From Bdellovibrionales bacterium (GTDB lineage: Bacteria > Bdellovibrionota > Bdellovibrionia > Bdellovibrionales > JAUICD01), in assembly GCA_965203275.1 (NCBI GenBank), contig OZ241865.1, positions 2,208,001 to 2,272,000 on the forward strand: DNA of 64,000 bases. Reading direction: 5' to 3'. The notes below the pieces were generated by a model. That model ran no database searches, was not told the origin of the DNA, and saw only the letters and a program-made list of their open reading frames with translations. This document shows, piece by piece, positions 40,737-51,496 of the stretch; within the stretch, counting starts at the first letter, position 1, and each line of letters begins with the position of its first letter. Made by a program: the position numbers and the translations under genes.

Positions 40737-41600
40737 ATGGAAAGGCTACTTTCAAATAATAAAAATGTTCGCATGCAAACGCTTATATTTAAAACCGCAG
40801 TGAATGTGTACAATCAAATGGATTATAATGATTGGAAAAAGAAAGTCAATCAAGAGTTTATTTTCTCTCAGTTGATTCACATCATAGAGAAGTTTTTAAA
40901 CTCTAATAAATTTCAAATAAATCCTCAATCTTTTTTAAAAGATGAAACTAAGAAAAAAATTGCGACTATGATGGGGATGGAACAAATCGTAAGAAAAGTC
41001 TTTGATACTATCACTTATCAAAATACAGAAAAAATTACTCCTCTTTATAAAAATCCAAAGTATATGTCTACAAAAGAAGCCTGTCATTGGAGGACAGGAA
41101 AGGACACTTGCATACCAGAAAAAAGCCATATCAATAGATGTGTTGTAGATAGTTCATGGGAGTTAGCTCATGCTGAAAACCTAGATCAAAACCCTCATGT
41201 AGAGGCATGGGTCAAAAACGATCACTTAGGTTTTGAAGTGCCGTATATTCATAATGGAAATCGGTGTCGTTATTTACCGGACTTTATTATAAGGCTTAAA
41301 GATAAAAGTCATTTGATTCTTGAAGTGAAAGGTGTGAAAAAAGACAGAGATGAATCCAAATGGGAATATATGAAACAATGGATTCAAGCTGTCAATCAAG
41401 ATACAGAAAACAATTGGCATTTTAAAGTCTCTTATGATCCAACAGGACAGGAAGTGCATCAAATCATAGATAAGATTTTAAATTTTAAGAAAAAAGCAGT
41501 ATCTTTCCACCAAAAACTTAAATTAAAAAAAGAAACTCAAGAGGTTGAAAAAGAAATTGTGGCCAGTACAAGTGCAGAAGAAAAAAAGAGTATATCTTGA
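40737..41600 (+). pseudogene. C-terminal fragment of a type III restriction endonuclease (Res) subunit
   Basis: SHIN.CVVDSSWE, AWVKNDHLGFEVPY and YLPDFIIR...ILEVKG nuclease motifs; helicase motifs and a mod gene are absent. Confidence 0.7.
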
Positions 41601-41730
41601 TTAAAAATTAACTCATCTTAACTGACTAAAATTAAACAGCTTTTTGATATAAACTTTGTTGATTTACTAACTACCTCAAGAATCTATACATTTTAAGCAA
41701 ACAGAGTCTTTTTGGACTTGTAGTATAAGA

Positions 41731-41997
41731 TTAAGTGGAACGTTTGGATAGTAGCTCAAATATCTTATCAAGGCGTCGATTGACGTGGTCAATCTTCTGA
41801 TCAAGTGCCTTAATGTCGTCCTTCATCTCTTTAATCTGTGAGGGTATATGATTACTGACTTGTTCTTTAATATCCTTCTTAAAATCCTTGAATTGTTCCT
41901 TGAACTGTTCTTTAAAAGGTTCAACATAAAACCTCACTATGCCGATCAAGCTACCAAAAAAAACTATGAAAGTTACAATTATTTGTAATAATTCCAT
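41731..41997 (-). CDS. N-terminal TM coiled-coil protein (NHIPSQ motif), copy 1
   Basis: GGAGG RBS before ATG 41997; TTGACT-16-TATAAT promoter upstream. Confidence 0.8.
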   Translation of the reverse strand: MELLQIIVTFIVFFGSLIGIVRFYVEPFKEQFKEQFKDFKKDIKEQVSNHIPSQIKEMKDDIKALDQKIDHVNRRLDKIFELLSKRST

Positions 41998-42196
41998 ATT
42001 CAAAACCTCCATTTTATATCATTATACCCTATTAACATCAAAAGTCAACCGCCCACATTAAACTGTGGGCAACATGCAACATCCTAACTGGCTAAAATTA
42101 AACAGCTTTTTGATATAAACTTTGTTGATTTACTAACTACCTCAAGAATCTATACATTTTAAGCAAACAGAGTCTTTTTGGACTTGTAGTATAAGA

Positions 42197-42517
42197 TTAA
42201 GTGGAACGTTTAGATAGTAGCTCAAATATCTTATCAAGGCGTCGATTGACGTGGTCAATCTTCTGATCAAGTGCCTTAATATTATTATCAACTTTCTGAT
42301 CAAGTTTATCAATTTTCTGATCAAGTGCCTTAATGTCGTCCTTCATCTCTTTAATCTGTGAGGGTATATGATTACTGACTTGTTCTTTAATATCCTTCTT
42401 AAAATCCTTGAATTGTTCCTTGAACTGTTCTTTAAAAGGTTCAACATAAAACCTCACTATGCCAATTAAGCTACCAAAAAAAACTATGAAAGTTACAATT
42501 ATTTGTAATAATTCCAT
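42197..42517 (-). CDS. N-terminal TM coiled-coil protein (NHIPSQ motif), copy 2 (+18 aa)
   Basis: Same as copy 1 plus KLDQKVDNNIKALDQKID. Confidence 0.8.
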   Translation of the reverse strand: MELLQIIVTFIVFFGSLIGIVRFYVEPFKEQFKEQFKDFKKDIKEQVSNHIPSQIKEMKDDIKALDQKIDKLDQKVDNNIKALDQKIDHVNRRLDKIFELLSKRST

Positions 42518-42707
42518 ATTCAAAACCTCCATTTTATATCATTATACCCTATTAACATCAAAAGTCAACCGCCCACATTAAACTGTGGGCAACATGCAAC
42601 ATCCAATTTCACACTCCCCATCCATTTAGTTAGTCAAGATTAAACTTTATGAATTGTTAGATGCAATAGACACTTGAATATTTTTACAATATTTGTTACT
42701 AAAATAA

Positions 42708-43640
42708 GTGACATGGTGAAAAAAATGAGTTTTCTCGACATGTACTTGGTGATATGGTGAAAAAAACGGGTTTTCTCGACATGTACTTGGTGACATGGTG
42801 AAAAAAACGGGTTTTCTCGACATGTACTTGGTGACATGGTGAAAAAAGTGAGTTTTCTCGACATGTACTTGGTGATATGGTGAAAAAAATGAGTTTTCTC
42901 GACATGTACTTGGTGACATGGTGAAAAAAGTGAGTTTTCTCGACATATACTAGGTGATATGGTGAAAAAAGTGAGTTTTCTCGACATATACTTGGTGACA
43001 TGGTGAAAAAAGTGAGTTTTCTCGACATATACTAGGTGTGAAAAAAATGAGTTTTCTCGACATGTACTTGGTGATATGGTGAAAAAAGTGAGTTTTCTCG
43101 ACATATACTAGGTGACATGGTGAAAAAAGTGAGTTTTCTCGACATGTACTTGGTGATATGGTGAAAAAAATGAGTTTTCTCGACATATACTAGGTGACAT
43201 GGTGAAAAAAGTGAGTTTTCTCGACATGTACTTGGTGACATGGTGAAAAAAATGAGTTTTCTCGACATGTACTTGGTGACATGGTGAAAAAAGTGAGTTT
43301 TCTCGACATGTACTTGGTGACATGGTGAAAAAAATGAGTTTTCTCGACATGTACTTGGTGACATGGTGAAAAAAGTGAGTTTTCTCGACATATACTAGGT
43401 GACATGGTGAAAAAAGTGAGTTTTCTCGACATGTACTTGGTGATATGGTGAAAAAAGTGAGTTTTCTCGACATATACTAGGTGACATGGTGAAAAAAGTG
43501 AGTTTTCTCGACATGTACTTGGTGATATGGTGAAAAAAATGAGTTTTCTCGACATGTACTTGGTGATATGGTGAAAAAAATGAGTTTTCTCGACATGTAC
43601 TTGGTGATATGGTGAAAAAAACGGGTTTTCTCGACATATA
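42708..43640. repeat. 41-bp tandem repeat, ~23 units, no spacers
   Basis: Unit GGTGA(C/T)ATGGTGAAAAAA(ATGA/GTGA/ACGG)GTTTTCTCGACAT(G/A)TACT(T/A); one unit near 43035 lacks 6 bp. Confidence 0.97.
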
Positions 43641-43654
43641 TTAAGGTGTATAAA

Positions 43655-44794
43655 ATGAATAAGCAATCACAGCAATTATTTGATCCAAAAGTTCCCTTTG
43701 CACTTACAAAGTTGCCTCCTCCTATCATCAATGTTCAAAATAATGCAGATATTATGACAGCCTATCTTGAAGCTCAAAAAAATATTTCTGAACTTAACGG
43801 AAGATTAAGAGAGGTAGAAAATCCTGATCTCTTATTGAGTTTTTTTTATTTGAATGAATCCATACAAAGTTCAGCAGTGGAAAATATCTATACGACTATT
43901 GATTCTGCCTTAGAAGATGAAATAAAACCTGAAGAAGAAAGAAGTAGTATAAATAAAGAAGTCATAAGATATCGTGAAGCCATTTCGATAGGTTCTAATT
44001 GTATGAAAGAGCATGGTTTATCTTCTAGAACGATTAAAGAAATTCATAAAAAATTAAATATTCAAAAAGGAGTCCCAGGAGAATTTAGACGACAACAAAA
44101 TAAAATTGCTAATAAAAAAACAAATGATGAAATCATCATTGTTTATACACCTCCTGAAATAATGGCTTTAGATGGACTCTTAGGTAATTGGGAAAATTTT
44201 GTACACCAAAATCAAGACTTCTTTCCATTAATTAAAACAGCTATTTGTCATTATCAATTTGAAGCTATACATCCTTTTGTTGATGGTAATGGTCGAACAG
44301 GAAGGATTCTACTTGTTTTACAGCTTGTATTAGAGAAAATGTTAGATATTCCTGTCTTATTTATTAGTGGGTATCTGAATAAATATGATCAAAAATATAA
44401 AGAGTTGCTTTTGAAGATCACCAAAGATGGAGACTGGTATAGTTTCATTCAATTTATGTTGCAAGGATATACAATACAAGCTAAACAAACACAAGAATCT
44501 CTTTTGAAATTAAAAGATGCACAGAAAGAATTAAAAAAAACCTTATATAATACAGACAGTTTAGGTATAAGAAAAAGTAATATTTCAGATATTGTTAAGC
44601 ATGTTATTTATTATCCTATCACACATGTTTTACACATGGAAGAAAAAACAGAAATTCATCGGCAAACATGTTCTAAATATTTATCTGCTATGGCTGAGGC
44701 AGGGCTATTAAGATCTAAAAAAGCAGGAAAATATAAACATTATATCAATTTTAAAGTCTTAGATTCACTTAAATTAGATTCTGAAGATTCTTAA
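43655..44794 (+). CDS. Fic-family protein with probable C-terminal winged HTH
   Basis: Canonical HPFVDGNGRTGR motif; SSAVEN inhibitory-helix-like motif; C-terminal IHRQTCSKYLSAMAEAGLL. Confidence 0.93.
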   Translation: MNKQSQQLFDPKVPFALTKLPPPIINVQNNADIMTAYLEAQKNISELNGRLREVENPDLLLSFFYLNESIQSSAVENIYTTIDSALEDEIKPEEERSSINKEVIRYREAISIGSNCMKEHGLSSRTIKEIHKKLNIQKGVPGEFRRQQNKIANKKTNDEIIIVYTPPEIMALDGLLGNWENFVHQNQDFFPLIKTAICHYQFEAIHPFVDGNGRTGRILLVLQLVLEKMLDIPVLFISGYLNKYDQKYKELLLKITKDGDWYSFIQFMLQGYTIQAKQTQESLLKLKDAQKELKKTLYNTDSLGIRKSNISDIVKHVIYYPITHVLHMEEKTEIHRQTCSKYLSAMAEAGLLRSKKAGKYKHYINFKVLDSLKLDSEDS

Positions 44795-44956
44795 ACTCTA
44801 TTAGTCTTTTATGAAGCAACATGTCTTATGAGAATTAATGCAATTGCGGTGGCTCAAAAAAAGATTTGACAAAAGTATGGCTTTGTTCTTTACTAATCAA
44901 AAACTTATACCTCAAACACAGTTCAAACACCTAGTAAAAATAAAAGGATTTACAAA

Positions 44957-45283
44957 ATGCATTTTGTTTATGCTCAAGCTGTTTCAGGGCCTAGCTTTTT
45001 AGAAAGCCTCATACCGTGGATTTTAATCTTTGGAGTGTTTTACTTTATTCTCATTCGCCCTCAAGTCAAACAAAGAAAAGAGCATACAGCGTTTCTATCT
45101 CAACTTAAAAAAGGAGATGAAGTCATTACAATGAGTGGCTTTTTAGGACGAGTAGAAGGGTTGACAGATCAATTTATCACTTTAGAAATTGCTTCTGGCA
45201 CAAAAGTTAAAATTTTAAGAAGTCAAATTGCAAGCCCCGTACAAAAAGAAAATCAAAAAGAAAATAAGGAGACTAAAAAATGA
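44957..45283 (+). CDS. yajC: Preprotein translocase subunit YajC
   Basis: FYFILIRPQ and LKKGDEVITMSG; precedes secD. Confidence 0.95.
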   Translation: MHFVYAQAVSGPSFLESLIPWILIFGVFYFILIRPQVKQRKEHTAFLSQLKKGDEVITMSGFLGRVEGLTDQFITLEIASGTKVKILRSQIASPVQKENQKENKETKK

Positions 45284-46989
45284 TTCCACTTAAATGGCGG
45301 TTTCTTATTATAGGTGCAGTGATCTTACTTGCTGCTTTATCTGTAGCCCCTAATTTTGTGCAACTACCTAGCTTTATGTCTTCAAAAAAGATTGTCTTAG
45401 GTTTGGATATACAGGGAGGATTGCATTTAGTCATGCGAGCTAACATTGAAGATGTCCTCTCAGAACAAATGGCTCGTCTTTCTGCCACTTTAAAAACTGA
45501 TCTCGCAACACAAAATATTTCTGTCAAAGCCATTCAAAACCTCAAACAAGATAATAAGAACACTATTCGCATTCAGGTCACCAACTCAAATAAACAACGG
45601 GTAAGAACTCTTTTAGAAAACAACCTAACAGACAGCTGGACAGGGCAGTTAGGTTACTTCATCACAGAGGATATTGCCGAAAGTGATACTTCTCATTTGA
45701 TGATCTGGCAAAATGAATTAATGCTCAAAAAATCAAGAGAAAATATTGTAGAGCAATCTATCGAAACTTTACGTAATAGAATTGACGCCCTTGGAGTAGC
45801 AGAACCTTTCATTACATCTCAAGGTAATAATCGCATTTTGATTCAAATTCCTGGTGTCAAAGACGAAGATTATCAAAGAGCTAAAGACCTCATCCATCAA
45901 ACAGCTAGATTAGAATTTATGCTAGTCAAAGACGCTAATGAGTTAAGTCAATGGATTGAAGAGGCTGAGAAAAAAGGCTCTTATGATATGAAATCTCTTA
46001 CTTATCCTCAATATATCAATAGGCTCAATGAAGATATTAAAAATAGATTAGAAAACAATCAAAAAGTGCTTTTTCAAAAAGCAGAAAATGTTGAAAGCAT
46101 TGAAACATCAGGCATCCCTTATCTTTTAGAAATAACAGACTTAGGAGGAGATGACCTAAGAGGTGCTGACGTAGGTGTAGGACAGAGAATGGATCCTGCT
46201 GTGGATTTTGAATTTGACACTGATGGAGCAAGGAAGTTTTCTGATCTTACAGGAGCAAATGTCAATAAACAAATGGCTATTGTATTAGACGATATTGTGT
46301 ATTCAGCTCCTGTGATTCAAACAAAAATTTCAGGAGGGAGAGGACAGATCACCCTAGGAGGTGGTCGTAATATCGAAGATATGAGACAAGAAGCAAGTAT
46401 GATTGCTATGGCCCTGAGAGCTGGTGCCTTACCTGCTAGCTTGGAGCAAATTGAGGAGCGAACAGTTGGTCCTACACTAGGAGCAGACTCTATTGCAAAG
46501 GGTAAAACGGCCATTATGATTGGTGGTTTGTTGGTTTTAATTTTTATGGTTTTTTATTATAAATTCTTTGGGATGATTGCTGACTTTGCCTTAACCCTTA
46601 ATATGTTCTTAGTATTAGCTGTTCTCAGTGCATTAGAAGCTACACTCACTCTACCAGGGATTGCAGGCATTGCTCTAACTATAGGAATGGCTGTGGATGC
46701 CAATGTGATTATTTTTGAAAGAATCAAAGAAGCCCTACGTAAAGGAGGAAGTCTTCATTTGTCTGTAAATGAAGGTTACTCAAAGGGCTTATCTGCTATT
46801 TTTGATGCTAATATCACAACAGCTGCTACTTCAGTGATTTTAATGTATTTTGGAACAGGTCCTGTAAGGGGTTTTGCTGTAACTCTTTTGATTGGAATTA
46901 TGACCTCACTTTTTACAGCTATTTTTGTTACAAAAAGTATTTTAGATTTTTACACTCAACGATTTCATCATAGCAAACTCAAAATATAA
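45280..46989 (+). CDS. secD: Protein translocase subunit SecD
   Basis: LGLDIQGG, LRAGALPA, VGPTLG and GMAVDANVIIFERIKE. Confidence 0.97.
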   Translation: MIPLKWRFLIIGAVILLAALSVAPNFVQLPSFMSSKKIVLGLDIQGGLHLVMRANIEDVLSEQMARLSATLKTDLATQNISVKAIQNLKQDNKNTIRIQVTNSNKQRVRTLLENNLTDSWTGQLGYFITEDIAESDTSHLMIWQNELMLKKSRENIVEQSIETLRNRIDALGVAEPFITSQGNNRILIQIPGVKDEDYQRAKDLIHQTARLEFMLVKDANELSQWIEEAEKKGSYDMKSLTYPQYINRLNEDIKNRLENNQKVLFQKAENVESIETSGIPYLLEITDLGGDDLRGADVGVGQRMDPAVDFEFDTDGARKFSDLTGANVNKQMAIVLDDIVYSAPVIQTKISGGRGQITLGGGRNIEDMRQEASMIAMALRAGALPASLEQIEERTVGPTLGADSIAKGKTAIMIGGLLVLIFMVFYYKFFGMIADFALTLNMFLVLAVLSALEATLTLPGIAGIALTIGMAVDANVIIFERIKEALRKGGSLHLSVNEGYSKGLSAIFDANITTAATSVILMYFGTGPVRGFAVTLLIGIMTSLFTAIFVTKSILDFYTQRFHHSKLKI

Positions 46990-46998
46990 GGTTACATT

Positions 46999-47967
46999 AT
47001 GGAAAAAAAGCAAAAAAAAAATAATACCTCTAATAAGCCAGAGTTTATCTTAAAAGCTAAAGAAAAGCCTACTATAAATTTTATGGGTAAAAATAAATTC
47101 TTTGCTTTAGTATCTACAGGTCTAGTGATTTTTTCTATTACAATAATAATGCTACGAGGACTGAATTATGGCATTGACTTTGCTGGTGGAACAGAAGTAC
47201 AGGTACAATTTTCAGGAGGGGTAGATGTTGCAACCATAAGAAGCATGCTCAGTGAAATTGACTTAGAGTCTGTTCAAGTACAACAATTTGGAACAACTCA
47301 GGAGTTTCTTATTCGCTTTGAATCTCCGCAGGCCTCAACAGAACAAGAAGTGAATCAAAAGATTCAAGAACGTATTTTATCAGTCAGGCAAAAGATGGAA
47401 TCCACTTATCCTGATGCAGATATTCGTAGAATTGATTCTGTAGGTCCTCAGATTGGAGAACAGTTAAAACGCAATGGAGCTTTAGCAGTTTTTTATAGTT
47501 TACTATTGATATTGATTTATGTGGGTTTAAGATTTGACTACAATTTTGCACCAGGAGCTGTCGTGTGCTTGTTTCATGATTCTTTGATCACATTGGGGAT
47601 TTTTGCTGCTTTAGGTAAAGAGATCAATGTTCAAATTTTGGCAGCTATTTTAACTATTATTGGCTACTCTCTCAACGACACCATTGTTATTTTTGATCGC
47701 ATTAGAGAAAACCTTATCATCTTCAAAAATCACAAATTAATTTGGATTTTAAATCGTTCCATCAATGATGCCTTATCTCGTACATTACTCACAACGGTCA
47801 CAACACTATTAGCTGTCTTATCTTTGAATATTTTTGCAGGAGGAGTCATAGCCGACTTTGCCTTTGCTTTAGGAATCGGTGTAGTGGTGGGAACATATTC
47901 CTCTGTTTACATTGCTTCTCCTTTGGTGATTGAATTTGCTAAACTTAAAAAGAAAAGACAAAAATAA
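46999..47967 (+). CDS. secF: Protein translocase subunit SecF
   Basis: GIDFAGG, GYSLNDTIVIFDRIRE and GTYSSVYIA. Confidence 0.97.
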   Translation: MEKKQKKNNTSNKPEFILKAKEKPTINFMGKNKFFALVSTGLVIFSITIIMLRGLNYGIDFAGGTEVQVQFSGGVDVATIRSMLSEIDLESVQVQQFGTTQEFLIRFESPQASTEQEVNQKIQERILSVRQKMESTYPDADIRRIDSVGPQIGEQLKRNGALAVFYSLLLILIYVGLRFDYNFAPGAVVCLFHDSLITLGIFAALGKEINVQILAAILTIIGYSLNDTIVIFDRIRENLIIFKNHKLIWILNRSINDALSRTLLTTVTTLLAVLSLNIFAGGVIADFAFALGIGVVVGTYSSVYIASPLVIEFAKLKKKRQK

Positions 47968-48627
47968 ATGACACCTCAAAAAAAGACCCATGCTATTGTT
48001 CTGCTTTCAGCAGGGCTTGATTCCACAGTCAACTGTTACCTCACTCGACAAGATTATCAGTCCACACAAGCTCTCTATTTTAACTATGGACAGAAGGCTA
48101 CTCTAAGAGAACTTCATAGAGCTACTCAAATTGCTAAGGAACTCAATATATCTTTTATGTCAGTGGATTTACCTTGGCTCAAAGGATTAGGACAATCTGC
48201 ACTTACTTCTTCTGTTCTTTTACCTCAAATGGTCAAATTAGATGATCTCCAACAAACGCAACAAACAGCTCAACAGGTATGGGTCCCTAATCGCAATGCT
48301 ATTTTTATACACATTGCAGTAGCTTTTGCTCAAAACAATCCTACAGATATCATTGTAGGGTTTAATAAAGAAGAAGCTCAAACTTTCCCTGATAATTCCA
48401 AAGAATTTGTAGATTCGATAAATAAAAGCTTAGAATTTTCTCTATTATCTCAAGTACAAGTTAAATCTTATACGCTCAATATGGATAAAAAAGAAATTGT
48501 CCAATTAGGTAAAAAAAATAAGGTAAACTTTGATCTCATTTGGTCTTGTTATGAAGGCTATGAAAGCCCTTGTCGTCATTGTGAATCTTGTTTGCGGCTA
48601 CAATCAGCCTTAGCCGCTCATTCCTAA
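47968..48627 (+). CDS. queC: 7-cyano-7-deazaguanine synthase
   Basis: LSAGLDS, FNYGQ, WVPNRN, FPD and WSCY...PCRHCESCLR. Confidence 0.92.
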   Translation: MTPQKKTHAIVLLSAGLDSTVNCYLTRQDYQSTQALYFNYGQKATLRELHRATQIAKELNISFMSVDLPWLKGLGQSALTSSVLLPQMVKLDDLQQTQQTAQQVWVPNRNAIFIHIAVAFAQNNPTDIIVGFNKEEAQTFPDNSKEFVDSINKSLEFSLLSQVQVKSYTLNMDKKEIVQLGKKNKVNFDLIWSCYEGYESPCRHCESCLRLQSALAAHS

Positions 48628-49254
48628 TGCATAGCCAAAAATAGCTGTCAGCATCCACCCTAATGTTGACACAATTAAAAAAATACTCCAAGTGCGAGGT
48701 GAAATATGTTGATTTTCTTCTATGATCATCCATGTAGCAAATGTACAAACAAGAGGTATTCCAAAGGGGAAAAACAATCCAAATGTTAAAGCAAAAGCTA
48801 AAACTCCAATAAGAAGTCCTGAAAATATAGGTCCTAAAATATCATCAATTAAATTAAGAGGTGCTTGTTGATCAGATGATAAGTCAAAGCCCCAACCATT
48901 TATTTGCAATACAATGAGTGAGAGTACTCCTAAAAGGAGAGATACAGCAAAGACGCTGCTTGCAGCAAGTTCAGGTATAGTATATAATTTTTGACGTACA
49001 TTTTGATGGGTTAAAACAATAAATCCAGGGATAGCAGTCATAAGCAAAAGAAGAAAACTTATAGTCATAAACACCCCACTGGCTATCTCTAAAGACTGTG
49101 GGTCGTCTGATAATGACCAGAATAGAACAGTAGCAATAAATGCAAAAACAAAAAAGCAAATCCAGACAACTAATATCCATAAGATGATCTTTTGCCAAGC
49201 AGATCTTTGAGTTAATTTTTCTAATAACCTTATATATTTTTGTTTCCAATCCAT
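48610..49254 (-). CDS. Multi-pass membrane protein, paralog A
   Basis: About 5 TM segments; shares RQKLYT(I/L)PE and FPFGIP with 49376 gene; start taken at ATG 49254 after GAGG. Confidence 0.75.
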   Translation of the reverse strand: MDWKQKYIRLLEKLTQRSAWQKIILWILVVWICFFVFAFIATVLFWSLSDDPQSLEIASGVFMTISFLLLLMTAIPGFIVLTHQNVRQKLYTIPELAASSVFAVSLLLGVLSLIVLQINGWGFDLSSDQQAPLNLIDDILGPIFSGLLIGVLAFALTFGLFFPFGIPLVCTFATWMIIEENQHISPRTWSIFLIVSTLGWMLTAIFGYALGMSG

Positions 49255-49375
49255 AATAGATACCTCTTTTAAGTATACCATAAACTTGCAAACACAGTGG
49301 AAGAATATACTTATCTTTGAAAGAAATATTACGGACAGACAAATATCTACAAAGTTAAACAATAATGTCTCAAAC

Positions 49376-49996
49376 CTAGGCATTACCTAGGACATAACCA
49401 ACGAAAACCACTAATATCCAACCCAGTGTAGAAATACCTACAAAACGAAACCAAGATTTTGATGATATGATTTTATCTTTTTTGATAATACTTCTAATAG
49501 ACCATGCACAGAGAAAAGGAATGCCAAAAGGGAACACCAATCCCATTGTAAGAGGAAAAATCGCAACGCCAATTAAAAACTGCTCAAATAAAGGCGACAA
49601 AATAATAGCCTGAAAACTATCATCTGCCCTAACTCTATAGAAAGAAAAATCACTGACCTGATATAAAATGAAACAAAAGGCTATCACTAAAATGGTAGCT
49701 AATAAAAAAGACAAAATAAAACTACTTAAGGCAGCTGCCTCTGGCAAGGTATATAATTTTTGACGTAAAGGTGGATAAATAAGGGCTACACATCCAGGAA
49801 AACCTGTCACAAACAAAGCAGCAAGCACCGCAATACTCAATACTTGAAAGCTATTGCTTGCCCCGCCGACACTGTAAGCTTTCACACTCAATATGGCTAT
49901 AGCATAGGTTAGGATGCCTACTAAAACCCAGCTGATCACTGCTAATAAAGCTAATATACGCCATTGAACTAAAGGATTTTTAATGTTTTTTATCAC
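49376..49996 (-). CDS. Multi-pass membrane protein, paralog B
   Basis: About 5 TM segments; paralog of the adjacent gene. Confidence 0.75.
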   Translation of the reverse strand: MIKNIKNPLVQWRILALLAVISWVLVGILTYAIAILSVKAYSVGGASNSFQVLSIAVLAALFVTGFPGCVALIYPPLRQKLYTLPEAAALSSFILSFLLATILVIAFCFILYQVSDFSFYRVRADDSFQAIILSPLFEQFLIGVAIFPLTMGLVFPFGIPFLCAWSIRSIIKKDKIISSKSWFRFVGISTLGWILVVFVGYVLGNA

Positions 49997-50079
49997 TATT
50001 TCGACCTTATCAATTGAACCTATAGTTATATTTTAGCACAATATGATTGCATTTTAGCAACTTTAGTGAAAATCTCTGA

Positions 50080-51174
50080 TCAATCACAGTCAACAGTATC
50101 AACACAAGCAAGATCAATCAGTTCAGATAATAATTCCTTATAAGGCAACCCACTTATTTCCCATAGCTTAGGATACATACTAATGGCAGTAAACCCTGGT
50201 ATAGTGTTGATTTCATTGACAACAAGCTCCTCATTATTTTTAAGAAAAAAATCTACACGAGCCATACCTTTACATTCCAATAATAAGAAGACATCTTTTG
50301 CAAGCTGTTGAATATTTTTTACTATTTTATTTGAAAGATTTAAGTTTGAAGTTTTAAGTGTCGCTCCTTGAGGGTCTAAATATTTTGCTTCGTATGAATA
50401 AAAATCATGCTGTGGTATAATTTCCCCAGGTAAAGAAGTTTTTGGATTTTCATTACCTAAAACAGCGACTTCTAACTCTCGTCCTATAATACCTTCTTCC
50501 ACAATGGCTTTTTTGTCATATTGAAAAGTATTTTGTATAGCTTGAGTTAAATTGTTTTTGTCTTGCACTTTTTGAATGCCAATAGACGATCCCATATTGG
50601 CAGGTTTCACAAAGAGAGGAAACTTTAAGTGAGATATTTGCCTGAAGACCTCTTGCTTTTGCCAATAATGAGCAGAATCTTGCAGAGCAGATAACTCCAC
50701 AAACGGACCTACAGAAAAACCAAAAGCTGAAAGTAATTTTTTAGTAAATATTTTATCCATGGCAAGAGCAGAGGCTAAAATATCTGAACCTACAAAGGGA
50801 ATACCATAACATTTAAGAAGTCCTTGAAAGCTACCATCCTCTCCATAAGGACCATGCAAAACAGGGAAAGCTATATCTATGGACAATGGCTCTGATGGTA
50901 TGTTGGCACGAAGATCAATAAGTGATGCTGTTTGATTCTGAGGGATGAGAGTAGCAAGGTTTCCCATTTGATGAAATTTCAATTTTCGCTTTGGTTCTAA
51001 AAAAGCATCTATATCAGTAATATGATACCAAGTGCCTTTTTGAGATATCCCTATAAGAAACACTTCATATTTATTCTTGCTTAGATTCTGGAAAACACTA
51101 CGTGCTGACTGAACAGAAATAAAATGTTCCGCAGATCGACCTCCAAAAAATAAAGCTATCTTTAACTTTTTCAT
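50080..51174 (-). CDS. ddl: D-alanine--D-alanine ligase
   Basis: FGGRSAEH, LHGPYGEDG, VKPANMGSS and NEINTIPGFT. Confidence 0.97.
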   Translation of the reverse strand: MKKLKIALFFGGRSAEHFISVQSARSVFQNLSKNKYEVFLIGISQKGTWYHITDIDAFLEPKRKLKFHQMGNLATLIPQNQTASLIDLRANIPSEPLSIDIAFPVLHGPYGEDGSFQGLLKCYGIPFVGSDILASALAMDKIFTKKLLSAFGFSVGPFVELSALQDSAHYWQKQEVFRQISHLKFPLFVKPANMGSSIGIQKVQDKNNLTQAIQNTFQYDKKAIVEEGIIGRELEVAVLGNENPKTSLPGEIIPQHDFYSYEAKYLDPQGATLKTSNLNLSNKIVKNIQQLAKDVFLLLECKGMARVDFFLKNNEELVVNEINTIPGFTAISMYPKLWEISGLPYKELLSELIDLACVDTVDCD

Positions 51175-51496
51175 ACCATCTTATAGCACCGTCTCCATCT
51201 CAAAGCAAATTAAAGCTGTATATAGAACTGCTGATCTTATACATTAAAATTTCATTTATATTATGGTCTACAGGTGGAAATGTTCTACCTTTGCTGAATT
51301 GTCCAGATTGTTGGGGAGCTTCTGATCTGGAGGTCTACAAAAAATGCCTTTAAAATATAAAAATCTAAGAACAGATAATATATAATAAGTTTTGAGTTTT
51401 TGAGTTTAAGATAAGCTTTACAGAATATTTATAGATTGTTATATAAGTGAGCAAAGAGGAGGTTATCAAGATAGCCCGATATTCTAAAGAACATAA

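Larger units (their letters stand above)
41614..42604 (-). repeat. Tandem duplication of a gene unit (466 bp + 520 bp)
   Basis: Units 41614-42079 and 42080-42599 are nearly identical apart from a 54-bp coding insertion. Confidence 0.93.

Noticed and set aside
42640..43731. 41-bp array as a CRISPR array or coding region
   Set aside because: No unique spacers; 41 is not a multiple of 3 and the many overlapping ORFs are repeat artefacts
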